Of a stretch of DNA of 64,000 bases, positions 1 to 12,903 are shown piece after piece. This DNA comes from Ramazzottius varieornatus (Eukaryota > Animalia > Tardigrada), in NCBI GenBank assembly GCA_001949185.1, contig BDGG01000013.1:679423-743422 (forward strand). The letters are read 5' to 3'. The position numbers and the translations under genes are program-made. Under the pieces are notes generated by a model, which saw only the letters and a program-made list of their open reading frames with translations, was not told where the DNA came from and did not search any database. The first letter of the stretch is position 1. Each line of letters begins with the position of its first letter.

Positions 1-480
1 TTACCTTGATTTGCGAAAGTGTCACATAAGCTCTGTCGTGGGGTGTGGTAGCTCCATTTTTACGAATGTCACTCGGATTTCTTACCACCTCGAGTAAGGG
101 TCCATATGCCTCACTTCGGAACTAAGCGCCGAGCACATGAGTGACCTCAGTTAATCCTGCTCCGCTCACGAGCTCGATATTGATTGGCTAGTCCTTAGAT
201 AAGTAATTTACTCGCGTCATGAAGCAAGGTTTATGTCGCTACCTAAAACCGGTTGTGCCAAAACTACCTCTGAGCGAGAATCTAAAATCGTTGGTCGCAA
301 CCTGAACGGGAACAAGCACAAGCACCAGAGTTTGCAACGCAAAATCTGTTGTTCCGAGTATAATATGACACATGTGCCACAGACAGCCAGTCTGCCACTG
401 CAGCTGTCATACAATATGACTGCGATTTTCGAATTTTATTTCTCGCTCCTAGTTATACCATTCGTTTTCTCCATTGCAAA

Positions 481-2084
481 ATGGATCCCAGATCGACTCT
501 GACTGCTTTGCTGTTAATCTATCGGCTTCGTCTACTTAACTTGCAACGGCGGAAGGTGGAATTGAAGCGACTACAGGCATTGTCTCGTCCACCACGTCAG
601 CGGAAGGCACGAAGATGGTATGTCCGACCCAGAAGCCTGAACAGAGGAGAAACGGGAGAGTACATCAGAAGAGCAAAGACTTTTGAAACTGACCCAGAGT
701 ACTACAAGGAGTACTTCCGGATGACCGAACCACAGTTCAAACTGCTCTTGAAGCTGGTAACTCCGTTGATACTGCATGATCCAACCCACATACAGCCTAT
801 TACTGCGGAAGAACGGCTTGTTTTGACTTTAAGGTACCGTAATCATAAATATGAATATGGATACTTCATCACAACAGCCATAAACGTGTCAATAAAACAG
901 TGCTTCCTAGGATTCTCGCTACCGGTATCTCGCAGACTGCTGATACGCATTCATTCGCCATCTGCCAGACAACCGTCGGGAACATCTTCAAAGAAACTAC
1001 CAAAGCAATTTACACGGCCTTGAAGGATGCATATATCGGGGAACCCAGCAAAGACAGATGGCAGCAGAATGCTGAAAGCTTTGAGGCCATGTGGAACTTT
1101 CCCAATTGTATAGGTGCAATCGACGGAAAGCATGTCCAGATCAAGGTGCAAATTTTCTATGTACATTATAAATATTCGTCCTCCTTTACCAGACAACACG
1201 CACACTAATCTGCTGTTTGTCTTTTGTAGAAGCCGAAGAATGGAGGTAGCAAGGGGATTAACTATAAAGGGACACATTCAGTTGTTCTCATGGCTGTGGC
1301 GCGCGCAGATCATACATTCGTGTACGTCGACGTGGGAGGTTTCGGTCGGCAAAGCGATGGTGGTACTTGGCAAAACTGTACTTTGGGTCGCGCTTTCAGT
1401 GATGGAGAGTTGGTTCTGCCGACCGCAAGAAAGCCACCGCTGTGTGCCAAGAAGTTGCCGTACGTATTTGTGGCAGACGCTGCATTCCCAATGTCAGAAA
1501 ACTTACTGCGACCATATCCCGGATACGAATCATCTAGCCTTGCCAAACAAGAACGTATATTCAACTACAGGTTCGATAGTGTTCATTTTTTACAGATCCA
1601 TAACCAGAATATGCCGTGCGAATGATTATGGTCACTATATTACTGCAGGTTGTCCCGAGCTCGTCGAGTTGTCGAGAATGCCTTCAGCATACTTGCAGCC
1701 AAGTGGGAAATATTTCGGGGACCCATCGCGCTCGAACCACAACAAGTGATTTACCTCACGCTTGCCTGCTGTGCATTGCAAACTTTTCTCATAACGGAAA
1801 ATGCCAAGGCGGGTGACAACTACATCTCCCCCACGCTGGTCGATAGCGGAGCTGCTGATGGCACTTTTGTACCTGGTTCTTGGCGGAAAACCATGCCCGC
1901 AAGTATGATACCTCTTCGTGTTTCCGGAAATAGAGCTGGACGTGCTGCTATTAAGACGCGAGAAGACTTTTCTGAACATTTTAGTACGCATGGCAGTGTT
2001 CCGTGGCAAGATAACATGGTCTTTGGTTTGCTAAACAAGCGACTTTACCAGGACTCTAATAAACTAAAACACCATGAAAATTAA
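481..2084 (+). CDS. Harbinger/HARBI1-like DDE_Tnp_4 transposase (exons 481-833, 911-1145, 1230-1570, 1649-2084)
   Basis: Spliced in frame with GT-AG introns. Motifs FRM..F, LTLR-ILATG, FPNCIGAIDGKH, NYKGTHS, G.QSDGG, FVADAAFP, FNYRLSRARRVVENAF. Confidence 0.93.
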
Positions 2085-3390
2085 CTACACAGAACTGAAA
2101 TCTTGGTTGGAAAGGGTCTCACTGGGACGGTGCTCCGTTGAGCTTCCGGGGTACTGCGCGACAATGACGGGAAAGCCAAAGCCAGTTGCCTGTTCGTACA
2201 GAAACAAAGCTATGGCTTGTTGGATTTTCTGCCGAAGAATTTTACGATCGTCTTCGCTTTGGCTCAACAACGTGGCAGTGACATACGAACCTGCAACAAG
2301 CCATTTAGTACTGTAAGCAATATCGGTTACTTATAGTTTTTTAATAGAGCCTACCATATTGTGCTTGGGGGGAATCCGCCTTTGCTCCTATAATACCTAG
2401 AGCTTTCGTCAGTTCATCGGCTTGGCTGGCTAGCTTGTGCTCTTCGACCTCGCATTCATCCAGTTGTCGAGAACTTTGGCTTTCTTTGCTGCGTTTCTCT
2501 GACTTACTGCCGCTGGACAACGTGGAAGCTACCATGAAATTGACGTCGGTCACTTGACCCACTTCAAATGGTTTTCGCCAGAATGCCTTCTCAAAAACCA
2601 TAATTGGTCGCTCACCTGTCCACGAACGAATCGACGGTGGATCCGGAATGTCGGGCAATTCATCGTCAGGAAGGTTTCCGTCATACTCTTCGTCGTCGTC
2701 GTTTCCGGTGATGCCTTGTTCATCATCAGTTGTGGCGTCCACCAAAGAAAAATCATCACCAGCCCGAATAGCTGCCTTAGCTTTATCGAGAGTCGATACA
2801 GATCTGCAAAATACCCTTCATGATTACATAACTTACATATAGAAAATTATACAGTCGAAGAGTGGACGTACTCGTTCGGAGTAATATGGTCCTTGACGAA
2901 CAGCATGCTCTCCCAGTGCGGCCAGCTTTCAATGACCGCCTGTCTTCCAGCACCGCTGGCAGGATGCTCCTTCAGCTTCTTTCCAAAGTTCCGACGAAGA
3001 TTGGTCCATAATCTCTTGACGGCATCGCCTGCGTAAAACGACATGTTCAGCTAGGGTTCAGCTAAATTAAAGAATAATGTTCATCGACTTTCACTGACCT
3101 GTCTTGTCCAGTTTCAATTCCTTAGCCATATCTTCCCAGATATCCAGTCGTTTGTCTTTACCTTTGTAGTAATCAACATGTCCAGTATCATAGACCACAC
3201 TGTTCTTCTGTACAAGAGTGATCACGTTGGCGATGTCCTTGTCGCTCCATTCTTCTCTCGTCGCTGCTTTGCGTCGCGTCTTCCTGGGTGGCACATCAGC
3301 TGGTGTCGTCTTCTTTGCTGGTTTGGCTGTCCTAGGAGCTGCTCGTTTACCGCTACCTGCCGTCGGTGGCTTCGATCCTTGACTGCTCAT
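2085..3390 (-). CDS. Harbinger accessory MADF (Myb/SANT-like) DNA-binding protein (exons 3390-3099, 3028-2872, 2803-2355, 2290-2085)
   Basis: WSDKDIANVITLVQKNSVVYDTGHVDYY..KRLDIWEDMA..VKRLWTNLRRNF..WPHWESMLFV matches MADF. Acidic linker, then a C-terminal BESS-like helix (YGSYVTATL..RKILRQKIQQAI). Splice phases are compatible. Confidence 0.85.
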
Positions 3391-4706
3391 GGTTGCGTAA
3401 AGAGGAGTTAGAAGCATCAACAGAGAGGCAAGATCGCCGCCACCGTAGACAACAGGATCAAAAACTTCCAAATAAAAATGGGAGAATTCATCACAGTTTT
3501 CGATATTTGGAGCCTGTCTCATCGGTCAAGCAATACGGACGAAATCAACGCCAGCGACAATGATGTGGCCTTTGAGCTAAATCTTGCAAGCTCAAAGCTT
3601 TCTAATCGTGTTCCACGCTTGTTCCAGTCAAAAAATCGCTTGTGCCAGAGCTCGCTCAAAGCTCGCTCAAAGGGGTAATATACTTTTTCGATGGAGCAAG
3701 GCTAGGTAGCGACCCAAGTATAATTAGCCTTTGAGCCGGTTTTGGAACAAGGCTCGCTCAAAGCTTCCTGACGCGAGTAAATTACTGCCCTTACGCTATA
3801 GTAATGCTTCTCACCTCTTCAATACATCATACGAACGATTTTCACAGTCCAACTGCGATTATGAAACGTGGGCAGAATGTGCACGTTTTTTTGCAGGGAC
3901 TCACTGACAACGTCGTTTGGACCATTTGGGCTTATCGTTCTTCGATCCCTCTGCAGGCCTTCGATTCGTCTGAACATCTTCTGGCAGACGGATACTGGTT
4001 ATGCTCTGCTCAGTTTGCAATGCTGGCCGCTATGATCCATACTGCCCCGTGATCACCCGGAATCCGTACTGTATGTTTTCTGAAGTTACATAGTGATTTT
4101 CTATCAGATCTAGTCTTCCTATTAACAGCCTTATCCTCCGCTCTTTCGTTTTGATTTGATTATCAATCGAATAAAGTTCTGACTTCTCCATGAGAGCTGG
4201 TAAAGTAAAGTAGGAAAAAGGGAAGAAAGCGGTGGCAAGAACAGGCCTGGTGGGAGCTTGCAAAAAAGAGTTCGAAAAAGTATCAAATATCGGTCATAAG
4301 ATGGGCGAAAAATAACGTTCAGTTTAGGGTTACCGATGTACCGCGAATTTGTTAACGTTGAACCCTACATTTTCCAAAAAAGGAACGAGATACTATACGA
4401 AAAATGATTTTGTCGGACCAGGGTCATGTACACTGAGCCTCATATTTATCTGTCCACCCCCATCTTTGCTCAAGAATTCATAACTCAGTTTGCACTCTCC
4501 CGATTTTGATGTAGAACAAGCATGATGTGCTATTTGCTGGCTAACACCCGCAACTCGGAGCCGAAAACAAGGCAGTTTGAGATGTTCGTAGGGATGATAC
4601 TGCCAGTTGATTTGCTGATTGATTCATACGGGAGTCACGTGATCGTACAGATGAAACACTGATCTCTATAAAAACGTTCAAAATCAGGTTAGTGCGAAAT
4701 AAGCTA

Positions 4707-6437
4707 CTGTATTCCCTCTAAGTTTCTGCGCAGTACGTCATCACGTAAGTGAATTATACCCCGCAAAAAATTTACGGTAAATCAGACTGATTGTTTGATT
4801 GTCGCCCATCAGGTTGTCACTTATTGCTCATTGTTATCTGAATTTTCAACTGGAAGCACATTGCTGGGCTCGTTGCCGCAATGAGCTCTAAAATTCATAG
4901 TACTTACTCTGTGGAGGAGGCCAAGCGTCATGTCATTGCACTGGAAAGGTGGGAGGGAAGCAATCGGAGTTACGCCAAGGCTGTTGGAATATCTGAATCG
5001 ACATTGCGCCTTTGGAAGTAAGAACTGATTCAAGTTGTTTCGGATCCCTTTGTGTTTCTCCAATAACTTTCGTCATTCTCAGGTTTGGAAAGCTTCCAGA
5101 AAACAGCAGAAACTCCACAAAGCAGATTATGCACCCTGAACTCGATGCAGCGGTGTACAGCAAATACGAAGAGCGTCTCGCGCAGCTCAAGCCCACTCGA
5201 GATTTCAACCTGCAAAGAATGGCTCTTGCCGCTGCTGTCAAGCTAGGAATCAACCGGGTTTAGGGCTCCGAAAGGATGGGTGGAGAAGTTCAGAAAGCGA
5301 CGTGGAATAGTTTTGAGAGTCACAACGAAGATTGGCCGAAAGTTCGCGCAAACGGACGAAGACAAGGTAAGAGGTCTGCTTATTACGGTGTGTGACGTCA
5401 TGTCATGAAATTTTTGCTATTGCATTACGATTAGTGACGACATGCGCAAAATAAACTGCCATTCGCTTTTCCTATCTGCAGATCCAGGAAGAATTCTTCC
5501 TACACGGGATTTTTGAAGCTGTCTCCCTAAATCAACCTCATCCTTACCACATCTTGAACATGGACCAGACTTCTGTCAGACTGCAGAACACGTATAAGAA
5601 CACGCTATCTCCAAAAGGTGCGAAGAAAGTTCGAGCTGTCCAGCCTCCTGGAGATCCCGAATGCCTCACGGTTTGCGCCGACGGCTCAAAATTCCCCGCT
5701 TCCATAGTGTTCAAAGGCAACAAGAAGACCGGAACGCTTTCGCCAAGAATCCTAAACGACCGGAGAGCTGTCGCCAAGAATCCTAAACAAGTTGGTGATG
5801 CCCGAGAACGTGCGCATTTTCAGTACTCATTCGGGGTGGTGGAATTCGGCTTGTGATCAGTTTTGGATCAGCGAAACGTTCGACGAAAGACACGATGGTG
5901 GAACCCTGATCCGCGATCGTGCGCCAGCTCATGGGAGTTTCGAAAGTCAGCTCCCCTGGAAAATCTGGGTATTGAACAGGTGTTCATTCCTGCTGGACTT
6001 ACTGGTACCTATCAACCCCTCGAGGTAGGTGTTAACTTTCCCTTTAAATCGTATCTGCGGCGATCTTACCATGTCTGGAGGGATGATCTCACCGCTGTTA
6101 CCAAGAGTGGATACTTGAAGAAGACTTCATCCATTTTGCTTCGGAAGCTTGGGACAAAATCAAGGTTTCTACGGTAGAAAATTCTTTTGTTGGAGCTAAT
6201 ATTATGCCAGAGCCTTTGTACATGTTAGCTTGACAGGAAGAGATTATAGATAGTCGTGAGGATTTGTAGGCCTCTTTCGAGTGTAGTTTCAGCTCGGTGG
6301 AAGGATCATTTACAGAAGAATAAAGCGTAACTGTATGGAAATTGATTGACGAGCCTTCAATTGACGACCTAGTTGTTTTTCTATACCCGGTAGGTAATAT
6401 TTACGGGCCTGTCACGTGACTGCGCAGAACCTTACAG
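4707..6437 (+). mobile_element. Degenerate pogo/Tc2-type (Tc1/mariner superfamily) transposon
   Basis: Left end TA|CTGTATTCCCTCTAAGTTTCTGCGCAGT. Right end ACTGCGCAGAACCTTACAG is a partly deleted inverted copy. Contains a DDE_1 transposase remnant. Confidence 0.75.
4881..6232 (+). pseudogene. pogo-like transposase pseudogene (HTH + CENP-B HTH + DDE_1)
   Basis: YSVEEAKR..GISESTLRLWK*; HPELDAAVY..KGWVEKFRKRRGI; ILNMDQT; VCADGSKFPASIVFKG; LIRDRAPAH; IPAGLTGTYQPLEVGVNFPFK. Contains stops, frameshifts and an internal 18-bp duplication near 5740-5788. Confidence 0.85.
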
Positions 6438-7395
6438 CATGAAGTTTTGAAACGGGGATGGGGGTGGACAGATAAATATGGAACTCAGTGTACTACCAAA
6501 GTCCCATGACGTTGCACAGTTCTTTCTTCTCGTACGAGGGACCGGTGCTCGGTGGGCGCCAGTGCTGCCATTGGTCTGACCTATGTGCGCACATAGTTCA
6601 GCGCGTCTGTGTGCGTAGTTGTGCATATTTTCAACTGAATTTCGTCGTCACTTCCGCTTCCTGCGGTGTTTTCCATGATTTTACTCCGCCGACGCATTCT
6701 ATCTCAGGTTGTGGAGCAAACTCTCCTCTGTCTTTCTGTCGTATTGTTTTGGGGATCAGAGTGGACAGACTGGCGTGAACCCTTTGTCAGTTACTTCTCT
6801 GGCTTCCACCTGACATACATATGGGGTTCAATAACTTTTAAGGCAGAGGCTACCCGAAAGCGCTATTTTTCAAAGAACGCTCTCGAGAGATCGATCATCT
6901 CTTCTCACCACTATTCTCAAAAGATGAGGTACCTGGTACTCGAATAGAAGAAGAGATAGTGTTCTGAAAAGATGCAAGAAGTCATTTTTCGATTTTCTTC
7001 GTAAACTCGAGCATTTTGTGAGGTTATTCCTGTGTTATCCGCGCCGATGGTGAAAATACAGTTTTCCGAATATCTGAGATAGGGGATTTCTTGGCGCTTC
7101 AACAAAAAGTAACTGGAGTGTGAAGGGAATACTGAGCGACAAATAATTTTCATCAGGAATGGAATCGTGGCGCAGAAAACAGAAACGTTTCCAAAGTCCG
7201 TCTGGTGATCAGGTAAGGCACCAGCTGATTTTTCCCCGTTTCACTTGCGCATTTTCACTTGGTGCAAAAAAGAAACTTTTTCTCGAGCGTGGACAGCGTT
7301 CTGACTTGACTTCCTTCTGCCCAGACTAGTTACTAGACATCCTTCTTTCATCCAGAGCTAAAGTCAAACTCAAACGTGCAATGGTAAAGGAGAAC

Positions 7396-7557
7396 TACTG
7401 TAGTGCAACCAGATTATCGCGCACTTAACCACGTGCTGAGTCATCGCTGCCCAGCATGATCAGATATCATCACCGCTGCCATCGCGGATGACTCTCACCC
7501 TGGCATCATTGACTGTTCACGTGGTTGAGTGCGCGATAATTTGGTAGCACTGCAGTA
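7396..7557. mobile_element. TA-flanked MITE with ~40-bp TIRs
   Basis: TACTGTAGTGCAACCAGATTATCGCGCACTTAACCACGTG ... CACGTGGTTGAGTGCGCGATAATTTGGTAGCACTGCAGTA. Confidence 0.8.
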
Positions 7558-7963
7558 CATAATTTCTTTGAGAACGCGGAGCTCTAAAAAACACTTCCCT
7601 TCATATACCTTACAAATTTTTTAACGAATGACTTCCCAGCTGAACCTTCAATTTCGCAGTACTGCCAATAAGTTGCTTTCACTTCACGCAAAAGGTTGCC
7701 GAACGACCACAGAATTTCTGGTGAACGCAGCTTTGAAAGTTATTGAACCCCCTATGTATTTGCTGTATGTTGATGAACCGAATCAAGTCGTCAGCTTCTC
7801 TAATGGGTTCAGTGAATGCTCAGAAAACTAAACAGCTCAGAGAACCAGATAGATTTATTTCAGCCTCGACGATCCAGTCATCGGTCTCCTTGATGTTCGG
7901 AGGATAAAAGATGAAAAAATATTTGAAAACATGCCAGATTCATTCGTAAAACTCAGCTTGAGT

Positions 7964-9355
7964 TCATTGCAAGAGTGGACGGTGGGTACAGGTAGGATTT
8001 GCGCAAGACGAAGACGCGTGGTTTCCCGTATTGGCCAGTAAAACCTCTTGACACGCACTCGCTGAACTCAGAGCCGAGCCACGCTTGCATGCATCGAGTA
8101 AATCATGTGGCACATTGTGGTCGGCTGATTGAAGTTAGAATATACAGACCTTGATCAGTTTCCGGTAAACATTAACCGCTTTTGGGAAATTTCAAGTTTT
8201 CCGACGAGATTTCTTCAGTAGAACCGTGCCTCCTCGATTCTGTTCTGATTTCCGTCATTGCTCTTCTGAATTGTATTGTTATCACTGAGAACGGAATAGG
8301 TTTACGTGTCTTCTCGTGCGATTGCTAGTTACGGTCTACCGAAGGACGGCTGTTTTCAACTGAGCATCCACGTCGAACAGTCTGTGCCATTGTCTCTTCC
8401 TGACGTTAAGGCAGCCGCTTGCGAAAGGAACCTGGATATTCTGCTTCATCAAGCTCGTAAGGGAGAGATCATTTAGTACTTCTAACACCCGTAACCCTTC
8501 CTGTAATTAGAGCCGTCCTCTCACAGCAATGTCAGCTTGGATCGGACTGACCATGCAGGTTAATGGGTGAGTGTTTGGGATACTGCCCAAGCCTTCTCGC
8601 TGGCTCGCCGAAGTTCCATACGGTGAGCGGAAATGCTCTCGTTGGAGCAGCATGTGGGGCTTCTAATGTGGAAAACCTAACTTCAACAAGCGGAATTTCG
8701 TGAGTTCGGAACAGCGATCTATTTCCAATGCGGAATTAAAAATGGAACGTAAAACGGAATGGGCGTCCGTAGACTATACAGCAGTGCGATTCGGGAATTC
8801 TGTTTTTGGGATTTTTGGAAAGTAAAGCCGGGTGGTTTGTCTAGATCCTCACTAGCCTTGAGGTTTTGCGTTTTGCCCCTCGAACAAGTTTCCGAAGTGC
8901 GTATCTACCTTCACCAAACAGACATCCCCGAACCTGAATTCGTTCGCCCAATAGTGAAAAAGTTATGTACATATCCCTGAAAGCTTTGGAAGCCATGGGG
9001 CTGATCTGCACATACACGCTCTGTAGCGCACTGCACATTTATATTTAACCAATCAATCAACCTGAAGGTGTCGGAAACAAGCTATTTTGAAGACGGCTAC
9101 AGGTGCGTGTCTCCAGACCTTGCATGCTGCGGAAGCCAAGACTGGCTCGTTTAAACCCCTGCGTATTCGATTCGAATCCTCATACTTTTCCATTTTTCTG
9201 ATCAAGCTATCAAGTTTCGATGACTTCCAGTCATTTCCGGAACTTTCGCGGTTTTTCCCTAAGGGGGTTAGGCTCGCTGACTCAGGGCCGTGTCGGCCGG
9301 GGCTTTGATCGTACTTAACGCAGGCTCTGAATACACCCATAATGCTCTGTAGCAA
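7964..9355 (-). CDS. Possible lineage-specific multi-exon gene of unknown function (5' end uncertain)
   Basis: Three to four consecutive minus-strand segments join in phase across short GT-AG introns (..RRASEKAWA|EGLRVLEVLND..TAVLR|RAMTEIR..FPKS|ADHNVPH..PLLQ*). No recognisable domain. Confidence 0.3.
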
Positions 9356-11327
9356 ACCAGGACTGAAATGCTATATCCCAAATTCTATATCGTCAGTATA
9401 ATGGATCGGAGGCTCTTTCGAACCGGGTGTGGGTTTACATGGTTTTGTCCGATTACAGTCCGCGGAGCGCTCACAAATGGAAGATTTGTTCTGGTATGTC
9501 TCAAACATTAGATTTTGTTCGCGCTTCTTTGACACCAGAACTTACTGATATTCCCACCCGCCTTACCCTTTTCTTTTTCAAGTTTCTCCCGCTGTCGAGG
9601 GTTATTTTGTTTGTTCACACATTTACATACTGCTGAGTGCACCTACGTTTGTTCTTCCCAATGAATGTACAATTTATTACGTATCAGTTTAAAACTTATG
9701 TACGCCCAGGAACATCAAAGCTCGAATAAACGGCTTCAGACCTTCAAAGGCAGTATCCGACCCTGGCATGGACATATAATAGCGCGGTGATTCTAGCAGA
9801 GATATTCAGGATGCCAAGACTGATCATGTCCACCTGGCAAATACTCGGATAGAAGGCTTTCACATCTGAGGACCACACCACACTTTCGACCAAAAGCTGG
9901 CATTTTCAATAAAGAGCTCGACAATCTAAGATTCCACCACCGGCTGCGAACTTAACCCGAACCCAAGCAGGTACGAGGTAAACGACATAATTCGGGCATA
10001 TCGATTTTCGCACGCGAAAAGTTTGAACATGATCGTTAACGCTTGATTCATCTCTCATTGTACGCCTGTTGATACACCGCTGGGCTTTTTGACATTGGAC
10101 AGACCCATCTTTCTCCCAGGCCAAATTCCCGTGATTCACAACGCTTTGTCGTTCTCAAACCTATGGAAATCTCGAGAAAAGGGATCAGTCTACATCACAA
10201 AACAAAAAGCAGTTCAGTACACGCAGCAGGAGGTGAGAAAAAATAGGCCCAAATTACGAGTGAAAAATCACGATGCCCGAATTATGTCGTTCACCTCGTA
10301 GCGGAAGGAATATGTGTCACGAAAGTTCCTGACGGAATGCGCTATGTCATTTGTGGTGCGGGCTAACATGATTCCACTGAAGAACTTGTAAATTGCGGCA
10401 ATAATGGTTTCAAAAGGCAATATACTACAAGCCAAGGTTGGTCATGACGAATATGTAATCACGCTGTTCGGTTATATGTTTATGATTTGACCTAAACAAA
10501 ACATATTCTTGTTCACATGCGGTGCGTGTTGGACTATAAATTCGACCACCCGTTGATGACAGAAACGCACGAAAAATGATCCTTCTGAGTAAAGAACGGA
10601 ACGTGCAGATCCAGACGCAAGCCGGCGACTTCTTTAACAATTCCCTCCGATTGCATGGTGGTGAGTTTGAGTAATCAGTCGTAATCAAGCATCGTAACAG
10701 CGCCTCGAGGTGGACCGAAGAATCCAGAGAAGTTTCCAACTTGTATCAGATCCCTTAACATCATAGCCTTTCCGGTTTAAACTAGTGCTACCGGCGAGAC
10801 ACGGTTAAAAGGAAAACGCGATACAAGAGGCGGTTGGATTCAAGAGTGGCGACACATTTGTTTCTCAAAAGCTTCCGCTTATGATATGATTCTCAAGTAG
10901 ACATTAGAGGAATGTTACAGCCCTATATCGTCAGCTGTACAAGGCCGATCAATGGTGTGATCCGCCAACACGGCTTAAAATTAAAACACCGACCCATTAA
11001 CAATGTTGTATTTCCAATGACCAACAAAGGTACGCTCTAATAGGAAATTTATGCACTTGTTACGGATCAAAAGTCTAAGATCATTCATACATGGTAGCGG
11101 CAACAATACATAGCCCAGCGGATGCTCAGCCATGAGCGCATTTGAGATTCTTTGAAAGACTGATTGCCGCTGTCCAACGCGCCGTTTTGACCGCGTCGAT
11201 AAAGTTTATGTATGCAGCTTGATCTCGCATATTTCGTAATTTTCCTAGCGCATCGTTTATCAGTTTGAGCCCTGTTTACGTCGTTTTCTTGTGCCACGGA
11301 TCCTAGGTCTTAGGCGTCCGAGCTATC

Positions 11328-12903
11328 ATGGGGGACATTACCAGATCAATGGAGCGGAAATGGTCCTGTGGAATTGCGGCCATTACACGCTGTCACAAGT
11401 ACAATCTGTCAGCTTATGACGTTATGTCATGTTGCCCGAGTTTTGTCTACTTGCGTTTTCTCCTTTGTGGAGCCCCAGCGCCACCAAGTGACGAGATACC
11501 TGTATCCGAGAAGAACGTCGGGTGGAGAGCTGCAAGGTACCTGCGGTTTATTTTACCGTCCATCATAGCCGTCGCCTTCTGTATTGACTTCGGAGACTGG
11601 ATCGTAAACGGCGAAGAGAACCTCCACTTGCAACAGACAAGGATAATCTCCATGCTGACGTATCTCGACAGTCAGTTCGGATTATGGCTCGGTGCATCGA
11701 CCACCTTCGTGTTCATCTCCAAGTCTGGCAGGTTTATGCATTGCCTGAAATCTCTTGCTCGATCCATGGCACACCTGGACATGGTACCCGTTCGACAAGC
11801 TCGACGAAGAGTCAAAACTGCGTGGATCATCTTGGGCCTCCTACTTCTCTTCTCGACATTCCGTGCGGTGTACGGAATATACGAAGTTAGTAATCCGAAT
11901 GTCTTATGGCGGCCTCGGCGGTACTTTATCTGGAAGCTACCTTCCGGATTAGTCGCTATCGTTCTACGGTCATTTTTCTTCCTCAGTGAAGTCTCCGTCT
12001 TGCCCATTTACATGGTATTCATTTTCGTCTGCGCCAAGTACACTGAATGCTTCGTAATTCTTAATAAGCAAATCAAAGATCTGCTGAAAAGCTTGGACGG
12101 AAACGATACAGATAGCCCTTCGATAGACGGTGCCACTTTCCTGAAGAAACTCAAGTCGCTCTCGCTGAAAGAAGTGACATTGAGCCAAGCCTTGGCCGAC
12201 TTGGACTCTTGCTTCTCCATGCAGGTGTTGTGCTTTTCCGTCAACAACTCTCTTGGAGTGTTTAGCAAAATTGCCAAGTGTTTCGTCTCAGCAGCTTTTG
12301 TAAACTGCATGGATTATATCAAGTTTATCATGAAATCGTCGATGTATGTTGCCGCCCTTGGGCTGATTATTGTTTTCCCAGCCATTCTCCATGAAAGCGT
12401 AAGACAGAATTTCCGTCTCGAAAGCTTTGTTTTATCACTATGGTGGATTTGGATGCTTTTCTACAGAGTTCGAGATCCATTGCGCTCTGGCAGAAACTGA
12501 TTGCTGTGCGGCAAGAAAGTCGACAGAAGGTACACTGTTTGAGCAGATAGCGCACTTAACCGTGATTTTAAGAGAAACGCATTGCTTCTTCGATCGTAGG
12601 ATTACTGTGTGGAAGAAGGAGAAGTGTTGGTGACGCTTCTGCAGCGTACCACTGTGCGACCACATTCCCTGTCGGTAGCAGGAATCGCAACATTAACCCG
12701 CTCTTTCGGAGTTACTGTAGGTGGCGCCTTCCACTTATTACATATGTAGTTTCCTGGCGATACACGCGAAAGCTCCATGACCTTTACAGATGCTGCTGGG
12801 TTTTGCCGGTTTTACCTGTTTTCTCATTGATCGCGCCGAAAATTATCAATCGGAGCTGGATGACTTGACGGTAGCCAACGTGACTTGCTCCTGCCAGTGC
12901 TGA
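11328..12903 (+). CDS. Gustatory receptor-like 7TM chemoreceptor (exons 11328-12398, 12467-12529, 12600-12716, 12790-12903)
   Basis: Multiple hydrophobic helices. A long first exon is followed by three phase-0 introns near the C-terminus, the classic GR gene layout. LSVAGIATLTRS resembles the GR 'hsa.GhF.l.r' pre-TM7 segment. Confidence 0.8.

Larger units (their letters stand above)
198..3790. mobile_element. PIF/Harbinger DNA transposon with two convergent genes
   Basis: TIRs: left GATAAGTAATTTACTCGCGTCATGAAGC from 198; right end (reverse complement) GGGCAGTAATTTACTCGCGTCAGGAAGC ending at 3790. TTA target duplication at 195-197 and 3791-3793. GCTCGCTCAAA subterminal repeats. Encodes a DDE transposase and a MADF protein. 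Confidence 0.92.
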
